A stretch of DNA of 64,000 nt from Euprymna scolopes. Its lineage: Eukaryota. The notes beneath the pieces were generated by a model. That model was given only the letters and a program-made list of their open reading frames with translations. It was not told the origin of the DNA and searched no databases. The position numbers and the translations under genes were made by a program. Positions 53,305 to 64,000 of the stretch are shown in pieces; the stretch's first letter is position 1; every line of letters begins with the position of its first letter. The stretch is taken from the NCBI GenBank assembly GCA_053919585.1, contig CM132802.1; one strand, 5' to 3'.

Positions 53305-54056
53305 TAGCAAAAGTACCCATCGTTGACTGGGTTCAAAAACAGTCTACAGAAAATGGACTCTGATTTATGAAAGTATGACAGGTTATGAAAAGGAAGGGTT
53401 GTAAAGAGATAGCTTCGAATTTAGGGGTATCAAAACCAAAGCAAAATATGATGAAAGTAAAAATAAAATAGATAAACCCCATAAGTTATTATACCATACC
53501 TGTTCACACTGAAACACTTATCACAATATTCTGTGGATCTATATTAAAAAACCTTGTTAAACTTTGTGACATATTTCCATTCTATGGAGGTCAGGCGCGA
53601 ACGAACACCCCATAATTTTATTATACCATATTTTTTAAAACTGAAACATAATTATCAAAGTATACTTTCGCAGATAGATATGAAAAGTCTTTATTAAAGT
53701 TTGTGCCTATTCCCATTCTATGGAGGCCAGGCGCGAACGCAGACCCCACAATTTTATTATACCGTCCCTATTTAAGTTAAAACGTGCTTATCAAAGTATT
53801 ATTATGTACATCTATATAAAAAACCCTTGTAAACGTTTTTTTTTTATTTTTAAATTTTTTATTTCCATACTTTGTAGACCAGGCACGTACGCAGACCCCA
53901 CAATTTTAATGAATCATTATGCCAGATCAAACATACCCATTCCTGTGTCTCCATACATCTTCTATCATTATATGTGATCAGTTTTCTATAATAGTCAACC
54001 ATATAAGAGCCTATTCATGACCACACACACACAGACGTTCAGCTTCATATTATAGA
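53304..54056 (-). mobile_element. Non-autonomous Helitron, family C
   Basis: Highly similar to 5601-6355. Confidence 0.8.
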
Positions 54057-54065
54057 TATAAGGCA

Positions 54066-54118
54066 TAAGCCTCACGAATTCTGACGAGAATGAAACGCGG
54101 AATATTCTGTGTAGCTTA
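54066..54118 (+). ncRNA. Hammerhead paralog with core mutation (CTCACGA)
   Basis: Same stems I and III as 20119-20171; stem II ATTC/GAAT. Confidence 0.7.
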
Positions 54119-54240
54119 ATTGCCAGATATATTTTTATAACTTACTACCTAGCTCTACCAATGTATTGAGCACCGTTGAAGTAAATACTAAAAATTTATG
54201 CATAAAATTATATTTTCGTATATTTTATGTGATTAAATGA

Positions 54241-54810
54241 AGTAGTCATACAATATATCTACATATATATATATACAATATATATGTATATATGTGCACA
54301 ATATATACATATCTATGTGTGTCTGTATATATAAGTAGTCATACAATATATCTATATATATATATACAATATATATGTATATATGTGCACAATATATACG
54401 TGTGTATGTGTGTATATATATAAGTAGTCATACAATATATCTACATATATATATACAATATATATGTATATATGTGCACAATATATACATATCTATGTGT
54501 GTGTATGTGTATATATATAAGTAGTCATACAATATATCTACATATATATATACAATATATATGTATATATGTGCACAATATATACATATCTATGTGTGTG
54601 TATGTGTATATATATAAGTAGTCATACAATATATCTACATATATATATACAATATATATGTATATATGTGCACAATATATACATATCTATGTGTGTGTAT
54701 GTGTATATATATAAGTAGTCATACAATATATCTACATATATATATACAATATATATGTATATATGTGCACAATATATACATATCTATGTGTGTGTGTATA
54801 TATATACATA
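54241..54810. repeat. ~90-97-bp AT-rich minisatellite, ~6 units
   Basis: AGTAGTCATACAATATATC recurs at ~54241, 54333, 54423, 54520, 54617 and 54714. Confidence 0.9.
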
Positions 54811-56367
54811 TTTTATTTGAAATATTTTTTTATTTTTTACCAAGATTTGCATATCTTTCGTCCCTCCTCTTTTCCTTGTACCGGGCCAATTCCGCGTTCG
54901 AATGACGGTGGTTCTTGTGCACATGATTTTGTAGCCTCAGTGTTGTTCAGTTCCACCAGAGAACGATGTAGAAAACTTACTTTACGAGAAACGGAAAGAT
55001 CAATGGATCAAATATATGTGTTCCAAGAAAGATTTGGGGAGAAAAAAAGGCCAAGAAGTTTCAGAGTTGTTTTTTTTTTTCTCAAGAGCCATCCATGAGG
55101 ATCTCAGAAAGAAAAGGGACATGTCTACGATTGAAAGACACAAGCTGAGTCTTAACAAGATTAAACAAAACAAGACACTTTGTACCATAATCTACAACTG
55201 AGCATGCTAGGACTAGACATCTCTTATATCTGAAATCTGGATTTGATATGACCCTACCATATGCCCTCCTCCACAAGTTGCATACGTAAATGCATATTAT
55301 TTATATGATGAGGCCGTGAGATATGGATGCAGTTTGCTTCTCAAAAAAGGAAGTGGGCAATTTTGAAGCTGTAGTTTGAATACTTTTCTACATTTTCATT
55401 TAATATATATTTTATTATGCTTAACTTAAACTAGGAATCCATTTTCCTTATTGATATTTCCTTGACGGATACCACAAAATAAATGTAATATGAAAATAAT
55501 GCAATGCCATACATTATAAGAATCAGAAAAAAGGATAATAAAAACTGAAATAGAAATTAAAATATTTTAAAGATAGAAATGTCATATACTTGATATATCC
55601 CTGGAGGAATATCTTCAATATAAATTAATTCAGATTAAATGATGGTCAACGCACAGAGTAAGTATAACAGGTTTGTTGTACGAAAAAGGTACAATATAAC
55701 AAATCTGATATTTACCTCGAATTGTTTCTGGAATGCCGTAATATCAAGATTTACTTACTCCCTTCTGGTTATCACTTGTTAATGTCTTTTATAGACCGAG
55801 TAATCCATTCTCAGGGGATATCAAGATCTTCTACTATATCACATATATAAGTTGCTTCTGGTTATCTTTAAAGAAGCCATAAGGGGTCTAAACGTCACTA
55901 TTTATCTGCTACAACGCTGGCGATGAAGGATTTAGAACTTACACAGCTACAACATATATTTTGGGAAATAAGTTGTGAAGGTTTTTTTTTTTAAATACAA
56001 ACATCTTTATTTAATTAATTGGAATTCTTATTGAAATGAGTAATTTGTATTATTTATCTATATTTTTTATTGCGGACTATTATCCTTATCTTCTAGGTGT
56101 TGTTTTCGTCAGGTGGTTAACCGCATTGGAATAGGAATGCCGAATATCCTAACTGTATCCTCAATTATTGCCTTCCATAGTTGTTGTCTTCTCACCACGT
56201 TTTGGCCAACTAAGCTTCTGACTGACTTTGGGTAGGATTGAAACCTCTATCTTAAGACAATGCTCACCTGGAACCATAGAGATTCAACATCTCTATCCAC
56301 TGCACCAAGGGCCTGTGGCTTAGTTGGCCAAAATGCGGTGAGACGACAACAACTATGGAAGGCAGTA

Positions 56368-56669
56368 NNNNNNNNNNNNNNNNNNNNNNNNNNNNNNNNN
56401 NNNNNNNNNNNNNNNNNNNNNNNNNNNNNNNNNNNNNNNNNNNNNNNNNNNNNNNNNNNNNNNNNNNNNNNNNNNNNNNNNNNNNNNNNNNNNNNNNNNN
56501 NNNNNNNNNNNNNNNNNNNNNNNNNNNNNNNNNNNNNNNNNNNNNNNNNNNNNNNNNNNNNNNNNNNNNNNNNNNNNNNNNNNNNNNNNNNNNNNNNNNN
56601 NNNNNNNNNNNNNNNNNNNNNNNNNNNNNNNNNNNNNNNNNNNNNNNNNNNNNNNNNNNNNNNNNNNNN
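56368..56669. other. Assembly gap
   Basis: N run. Confidence 1.
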
Positions 56670-56697
56670 CAAAGATTTGGTGAATGTGTTAGACAAC

Positions 56698-57110
56698 ATT
56701 TTTTTTTAAATAGGTGTCACCACTTATCAAGGCCGAAAGGCTACTCAAAGATAAGAATTAAATGAGTGCCAAGTGAATGGCGAGACAACACAGTGATGAC
56801 TGATAATGATGGGGGTGATTGAGCAGAATTTGATTATTTAAAAGAGCAGCTCAACAAGAATTTCTTTACATTGGACTCGAATACCACTATGTTGTTATCA
56901 GCTGGGAAGCAGCCTTGTGGTATTGTGTTTCTTAGAGAGAAATTTTACACATGGAAGTTTTGTTTAGTTTTAGGTAGAGAGAGATAAACGAAAACTATTG
57001 TCAGTGGTTTTAGGTAGACGGGTTTTTGCTGTGAATATTTTATAGCGCCTTGGGGGGGGGCGGCATAGATTGAAACCTGGTCGAGCATTTGCCATGAAAA
57101 AATAATGATA
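56698..57110 (-). mobile_element. CR1/L2-group LINE 3' fragment
   Basis: poly(T), CACCACTTATCAAGGCC, and reverse-complement FHGKCS. Confidence 0.75.
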
Positions 57111-57330
57111 AAGCCCTTATTGTCGTTCTAACATTTACATCTTATTTGCCTCCAAATCAGACGATTAGACACAAGGTCTAGTGTAGTTTTGAGTGATGCT
57201 GGACCAACAACTGGCTGAAATTGTTGCCCGCTGATTTTTGTTGCCGTCATTCAATGCATAGTGATCCCCTTGGTCAGTTTTGAAGTAAACAACATTTATA
57301 TCTCGGCCTACAAGAAATACTTGCGCCTAC

Positions 57331-57633
57331 TGTAATGGACGCGTATGTGCAAATGCATGCGAAATGAAGTCACTAATAAAGAAAGATGATAAAAAGGAGA
57401 AAGAGCACGTTAGAAAGGACGATCATGTTAGAAGCGTGGATGACGTTCGAGAGAATGTGTGAGATGCCACAGCCATAATGGGTGGTGAGAGAATGAAGAA
57501 ATAAATATCGCTCCTCCTCCTCCTCTTCCTCCTCCTCAAAAAAAAAAGAAAAAAAGCTCAGTTGAAGTTTTTTCTATTCTTTGTCTGCTTTGCGACTGAG
57601 ACTACAACGTGTTGGTTCCTGGACAACATTACA
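57331..57633 (+). mobile_element. Solo LTR
   Basis: TGTAAT...ATTACA termini with perfect 4-bp TSD CTAC. Confidence 0.75.
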
Positions 57634-57838
57634 CTACAAAAATGCTTGAGCAGCTTTATCAGTGTTCCCAATAATCAGTAATCCCTTCTCAGAGAGAAAA
57701 TAAAGCCTTGGAGGTTCAAGAGAACCATACATCATGCTTATAACATCAAAGACATTGTCGGACTGGTTTGTTTCATGATTCTATGATTTTTATTTTTAGT
57801 TGCTTTTTTTTTTTTTAGCTTTTTAGTTTTGTAGCATA

Positions 57839-58356
57839 TAGAAGGGACGTTCCAAAAGTAATACCTCTTATTTTTTTATTCCGCTAAAATGGTTCAGAGG
57901 GAGATTGTAAATTGTTATGATGATTGAACTCATGCATTCATAACCTGAAAATTTCATCTCTCTGTTGCAGATATTGACAGTGTGAGGCTCTAAGAAAGCA
58001 ACACCCTGTAATGGATGTGCGTCAGAAGCAGAGATGCACCATTGAATTCATCTATGCAGGAAAAAATTGAACTGATCAGCATTCACTGGTCCCTTTCAAT
58101 ATTTACGAAGCCGATGTAGTTGATATCAGCACAGTCAGAAGACAAGTTTGTCAATTTTAGAGTGTCGACAGAGATGTGAGTGAGAAAGTGTGCTACAAAC
58201 TTTTACGACCAAAGCATCAAAAGAAGCTGACAAAAGTACATTAAGAATGGTGGTGACTATGTAGAAAAATAAATTCTGGAGCAAAAAAAGTTTTCAACAT
58301 TTTAGTTTTTTAATTTAAAAAAAATAGGAGGCCTAACTTTTGGAACCGCTTTTGTA
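57839..58356 (+). mobile_element. Internally deleted mariner-like element
   Basis: TIRs as in 22966-23968; MDVRQKQRCTIEF transposase N-terminal remnant. Confidence 0.75.
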
Positions 58357-58899
58357 ATTGAATGATTTATGCCACCAAAGAAGCTTGTGAGTTTGGTGCT
58401 GTGTAGTGAGATAGCACAATGTCTCAAGGTGTCGCTCAATGTTGGCTTTTATGCTTCAAAAAAGAAAATTTTGAAATGGAGGATGGAGAACAATCAAGGA
58501 AAAGCAATTAAATCAGTTTCGTCACTAAAGTTCAAATGAGGTGACCAGTGTGATTACACGACTGTAGCAAATCATCTTTATTCAATATGGAATGCAAAAA
58601 AAAAAAAAAAATATCACCACTGAACTTTCGCTTATTAAGGTCAAGAGCCATTCGAGGATAAAGGTTGTTACAATATTGTTTAATATAATGGGGTAGGATT
58701 CTGCATAGTCGGGAGATTCTATTTATAAACGATGCTGCTAGGAACTGACGAATCGAATTAATTTACGTGTCGCTACCAACCAATCAGAAACCAGAATTGC
58801 TCCATAAATATTAAACCTTTTCTGCAGCACAGTTTGCACATGTTTTCTTCATGTCAACACGAGAAGAATCTTTTGCTCTGTGGATACAACTCCAGAACT

Positions 58900-59027
58900 A
58901 TCTACTGCAAACCAGTCACCTCCAGGACTTGTGTAGAACAACGAACCATCGGAAATTGTTCTGTCTACTGCAAACCAGTCACCTCCCAGGACTTGTGTAG
59001 AACAATGAGCCACCGGAAACTGTTCTG
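58900..59027. repeat. ~63-bp tandem duplication
   Basis: TCTACTGCAAACCAGTCACCTCC...GGAAAYTGTTCTG occurs twice. Confidence 0.85.
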
Positions 59028-59287
59028 AAACTAAACATGGCTTACACTTCTAGAAAGGTTAATGAAATTGGTATGATTTCCCACTGAACGATGAGGAAAA
59101 CTATGGGAGTACTAACATTAATTAATGGTATGAGCTTATAGGGTATTTTTTTACAAGTATTTGTTAAACTTGAAGATAACCAAGTTGTAATTAGCAGGGA
59201 AACAGTCCCATAGCTATCTGTACAAAAGATGGGAAGTCTTTTTAAAAGAAGCCCTGTCCATGTAAATACCACATCATACTAAGCACA

Positions 59288-59342
<55 letters not shown>

Positions 59343-59808
59343 AAATCTGCAAGAATTAAAATATCATATTTAAGCATATTTTATGACTGAGCTATGCCGG
59401 GCCATCCATGATAGCTTAGATAAATACTTTTGCAGTTTTAACAAAAGAGCTACAATAATATCAGGGTGTCTCCATTTATGCTGAACATCCACAGAATACC
59501 AACATCAGTATATTTCATCTGAAAGAGTCCACCATGCAATTTTCATAGGTCTCGCCTGCTAGTGCTGAATTATAATTAAGCAATTAAGAAGATGAAGATA
59601 TATATATTTTTAATTATTGCTTTATCAAAAATATTGAACACATTTCATTTCCTAAATGTTAACATTGTCAACATGCACTATATTTAACATTGACTTTTTT
59701 CTGGTTTGCAAAAAGAAAATCTTTTTCTACCCTTCGAGAATTACAGTGTAAAAAGCGAAAACACTGCCAGAAATAGAACAAAACATGTTTAATTATTTGT
59801 ACACACAA

Positions 59809-59855
<47 letters not shown>

Positions 59856-60779
59856 CGCAATGGCTAAATAATGTATGCAAATACAATTAATATGATTTTT
59901 CAGTGGCTTACTGTGAGTGCAGCTTCATATTATGGGATGGACTAACACAATCAATATTTCATGTTAGAATCTTTTTTTGCAGTGGAATCGATTCCATTTA
60001 AGGTGAGATATTGAATTAAACTCAATGCAATTATTCTGCCACAAATTAGACGGTTTTGTTTTCAGCCTTTTTACAATTGTAAAAAAAAAAAAAAAAAATG
60101 TAAAGTGAAATTGAAAATGTTAAAAAATTATCCAATAAAAATTTGTAAAAAGAAGTCGATTCAATAATGTCTTTCGTCTAAAATTGTTCAGTTAAAAATA
60201 GAAAATATAAATTCATTAAAATCGTTTTTTTTTAATTAAAAAAAGGAAGAAGAAATCCCAGTTCCATAGATGGTGTTTATTGACAGACAAAGTCAAAGCC
60301 AGTGCGAGTATTTGTAAAGTGGAAAAATGTGTCGCTCCAGTTTGTTGCTAACATCCACACAAAAAGCAAATGGCTGTCCCCATCTGTCCTCTATATATAG
60401 CTATGAAGGGAGATCACTCCCTGGTTACTTCCTGTTATCAGATGAGATAGCTCCACAGGTACTTCCTGTCATCAGGTGCAGATGACTTTTTTACCTATAT
60501 ATGCTCCTCACTCCCCAACCACAGAATGAATTGTCTTGGTCATCTTTGTGTGCACCAGAAAACGTGCGCAATTTTCTGTGCATTTATGGCAGTGCTCTTA
60601 TTTTGTGACATGAATGTTATCTTAATGGTGTGTACATCTTCTTGTGGTATCATGAATTTCCGTTTTTTTTCTTCATCTAAACCAGGACCTGTTCGTTAAT
60701 GTAGGGAAGTAAAGGATACCTTTTGTCATTTTTTGCAGGTTTAACATCATTTGTCTTCATTTCGACAAAGTGAAACTTG

Positions 60780-61924
60780 TGTGGATTAAATACATTCTTT
60801 TTGTTTGCACAGTAACTGATGTAGTCAATCATATGCCAGAATGAAGTCTATTGAGTTGCCCCCTAGGAGGCTGTTGCCTATGCATCAAGTTTTATGAGGC
60901 ATGTCCACAATGATGGCATCAAACCAATGGGTGTATCAACTCCCTGATCCTTGGAATCCTTGAAGAGCCCGACAGTACCTATACCAGCTCCAATCAGTAA
61001 TGAACATAGTAGCATGCCGTACAGTAGACTCTGGTGTTTGCAAAAGCAAGGATGTGATGACTGTGCTGGCTCACCATTATTTTTCAGTAAATATCCAAAC
61101 CTTATATGAGTTTCAGGCAACAGCATTTCCAGTGTCACTGAGAAAGGTAGCTCTGGGGCACGCACCTGAAATGTCTCCCCACTCCACTCAAGGTGAGGTA
61201 CGTTTGCTGGCTGTGTCTTGTGCTTGCGAGCAGAAAATTTATCTGGGATACTATTGATGAATATGAATGACTCCCCACTTCTTGATACTTTGCTTGTGAC
61301 TTCCGATCTGGACCTCTCAAATTAATGACATACCTTTCTCAGGTGCCTTACCACTCTGAAAAATTGGCCCTTGATTCTTCGTTTATTGTATCATGGGGTC
61401 AAAGGAGTCTTAGTCTCCTGGTTGTGCTTTTCTTGGTTTGACCTTTATACACTGGATAGTGCTAGGGGGTGTGTGGCATTGTTAAAGTGGGGAGTTGACT
61501 TGTCTGTTGTCTCTAGGCAGACCAACTGCGAAAACTTTTGCTCTAATGTAGCAAGTGAGGCTACCTTTGCCAGTACCCCGCTTTGGTGCTTTATGCTTCA
61601 AAGTCTAACCCAGTAACCATATCGTGTGAATAGTCTACTTGCTGTCGGTAAGTTTGTTCATTTGGACATTGGACATCTAAATTCACAAAATTTGGCTTGA
61701 CCACATAGTCTCAATAAAGAAAAACGTTATTGAATCATAGAGTAGAATTTATGTTAGTGGAATTCATTGCAGATTGTCGATGGGTCTTCCAAATTGAGAT
61801 ACATCTTTTTATCGGGCCCATGTGTGCAGAAACAATACTGATTCTCCTTCAATGATATCTAGTCCTATAGAGGGCCGTTTTGGGTCTTTCACCTGCGATA
61901 TTTTGAAACAACTGTGAACCATCT
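60780..61924 (+). pseudogene. Degenerate coding-like segment, possibly L1/Tx1-type ORF1 and APE endonuclease remnant
   Basis: Higher GC; fragments ARGCVALL and SRIYVSG loosely resemble APE motifs; many stops. Confidence 0.3.
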
Positions 61925-62213
61925 TGTAGTAAAAAAAAAAAAAAATCGTGCAAACCTTTTACCACTGGCAACGCCCGCTTCAGAGAGTGAAAGAAGAAAG
62001 AAGAAGAAGAGAATGGCCACTGCGTCTATTTATAGACTAGAGATCATGGGAAGAGTATGCAAATAACTTTGGACGGTTTTGTCCTATAAAAAGCCTGTAT
62101 TTGGGAGAGAGGGTGTCTTTTTTGTTTGGCAGAAGCAATTGCTGTCAGAAGTGCATTGGACTGCAGGATTGAAGAGTGAAGATTGAGTTGTGGGGTCATT
62201 GTATTTAACCACA
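61925..62213 (+). mobile_element. 5' LTR of a Ty3/Gypsy retrotransposon
   Basis: TGTAGT...ACCACA termini; TATAAAAAG at 62085; directly upstream of gag. Confidence 0.7.
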
Positions 62214-62237
62214 AGCTATTCCGGTGAAGAATAGATC

Positions 62238-62987
62238 ATGGAATCTGGGATGTTGAGATTGGGAAAAGATGTGATACCACCTTTTAGTGGAGAAGGTGAT
62301 GTAGTCGGATGGATAAAGAAAGTAAAACTGGTGGCTAAGCTTCAACATATGCCAGACCTTGCCAGTTTTATTCCACTTTTTTTGCAGGGAGATGCACTCG
62401 CTCTCTATCTTGAGATGAATAATGCAGAACAAGAAGATGCAGAACTGATAGAGATGAGACTCGTGACCGCCTTCACTGAGGGGCCTTTTGAGGCATACGA
62501 AAAACTGCAACGATTCAAGTGGACAGGAGAATCGATGGATGTTTATGCTAATAAAATCAAAAGATTGGCTGGACTGGCGGGATATCTGGGAAGAGGGCTG
62601 GAACATACAGCCAAACTGGCATTCATAACTGGATTCCCAGACGATGTATCTGTGGCATTACAGCAGCTACCGAACATAGAGAGAATGGATGTCAGCAAAC
62701 TGATACCGACTGCACGGCTTTTAGTCAGCAAAAGGGTCGTAGAAACTCGGACATTGGCCGCAAGTGCGCAAACTAATGAGACTAATAAGGGAAAGAAAGA
62801 ATCAAGCCTTCAGTGCTTTAGATGTCAAGGACCGCACTTAAAAAAAGATTGCACAGAGATCCCTAGGGCCAGGGCAACATGCTACAATTGTGGAAAATTT
62901 GGCCACATTGTGAGATATTGTCCTCAGATTCAGGGAAACGGGCAAGGGGGAGCTTCTGCGCCGCAAGCTACCCTAGCAATGAAATGA
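62238..62987 (+). CDS. gag: Gag-like protein with two zinc knuckles
   Basis: 249-aa ORF; CFRCQGPHLKKDC (CX2CX3HX4C) and CYNCGKFGHIVRYC (CX2CX4HX4C). Confidence 0.9.
   Translation: MESGMLRLGKDVIPPFSGEGDVVGWIKKVKLVAKLQHMPDLASFIPLFLQGDALALYLEMNNAEQEDAELIEMRLVTAFTEGPFEAYEKLQRFKWTGESMDVYANKIKRLAGLAGYLGRGLEHTAKLAFITGFPDDVSVALQQLPNIERMDVSKLIPTARLLVSKRVVETRTLAASAQTNETNKGKKESSLQCFRCQGPHLKKDCTEIPRARATCYNCGKFGHIVRYCPQIQGNGQGGASAPQATLAMK
62933..62973 (+). promoter_or_regulatory. -1 programmed ribosomal frameshift signal
   Basis: G_GGA_AAC in the gag frame, followed by the GGGAGCTT-CTGCGCCGC-AAGCTACCC hairpin; the -1 frame is open into the protease. Confidence 0.75.
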
Positions 62988-64000
62988 AGGCGCGATACTG
63001 GCCTCTTCCTATAATAGAAGTAGAGGTGAATGATTCTGTAATGACTGCACTTGTCGATACTGGGTGCACCACTACTTTAATCAATTCCAAACTTTTGAAG
63101 GGATATGGAAGGAGCGGTACAGTGAAAGCAGTTGATGGGAGGAATATAGAATGTAAAGGAGCCAGACAAGTGGAGATAAAAGTCTGTGGAATGCACGTAA
63201 AGGTGAGGGCAATCTTGATGAATCATATCGTTGATGGGATCGACGTCATAATTGGAATGGACGTGATTAATGAGCTGGGAGGTGTAACTATAAAGAAAGC
63301 CAAAGTGAAGTTTGGAGATATACAATGTGCCGTGGCTGCCCATCAGCTGAATGTTTGCAAAATCGAGGATAAAGACTTTGAAGCAAACTTCGATGGAGAT
63401 AAATGGACAGTAAGATGGACATGGAAGGGAGAGCCTCCAGTATTGCAGAACAAAGTCCAATATTATAAAAACTCTCTGGAAGGCGATAAGAAATTAGAAT
63501 TCGAGAAAGAGTTGGAGAGATGGATATCGGATGGTATTTTGTTACCATGGAAAGGAGAAAGAAAAGGCGTGTTGCCATTGATGGCAGTATTTCAGACCAC
63601 AAAAGGGAAAGTTAGGCCAGTGTTCGACTTTCGTGAGTTGAACCATTTTGTGGCGTGTCATACAAGGAGCGACATAATAGATGTATGTGATGAAAAGATA
63701 AGAAAGTGGAGACAGTTGGTAGGAGAGACCGCAATAGTGGACCTTAAGTCTGCCTACCTGCAACTACATGGGGCAAAGGAATTATGGCAGTACCAGCTGG
63801 TCTGTTATAAAGGAAAAACCTATTGCCTAACACGATTAGGATTCGGACTTAATGTCGCACCAAAGATTATGGTCGCCATTTTAAAAACAGTATTAAAGAA
63901 AGGAAGTAGGACGAAAGAGGCCACTGATTCATACATTGATGATATAATGGTAGACGTAACGAAAATATCGACACAGGAAGTTGTGGAACATTTGAAGGGG
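62933..64000 (+). CDS. pol: Pol polyprotein (aspartic protease plus RT), running off the window
   Basis: ALVDTGC protease motif; RPVFDFRELN, DLKSAYLQL, RLGFGLNVAP and SYIDDI; the protease and YIDD motifs were confirmed in the same frame. Confidence 0.92.

Noticed and set aside
62216-62234. CTATTC/GAATAG local hairpin as a self-priming structure
   Set aside because: It lies downstream of the site, provides no 3' end, and is not evident in the mini-LTR element; it may only modulate PBS access.

Overview
AT-rich, repeat-saturated animal genomic DNA. The repeat repertoire looks like an octopod/cephalopod mollusc, but that is an impression, not proof. It contains two N gaps and no recognisable host protein-coding gene. 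Almost everything is transposon-derived: many non-autonomous, mosaic Helitrons; about ten 5'-truncated CR1/L2-group LINE copies; an R4/Dong-type RLE LINE tail; mariner/Tc1 and hAT-type elements; tRNA- and 5S-derived SINEs; solo LTRs; and mini/microsatellites. At the right end is the 5' part of an apparently intact Ty3/Gypsy element (LTR, gag, -1 frameshift, protease, RT). Two things stand out. (1) The Gypsy element and a miniature LTR element (TRIM-like) 39 kb away share a non-canonical primer-binding site, AGCTATTYCGGT. It is complementary to the 5' end (nt 1-12) of tRNA-Phe rather than to a tRNA 3' CCA end, suggesting an unusual priming mechanism. (2) At least four families of small retroelements carry type I hammerhead ribozymes with palindromic stem III. 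Two are tRNA-headed, and three lie within 1.4 kb (19.0-20.4 kb). Coordinates were counted by eye; repeat boundaries may be off by a few bases.
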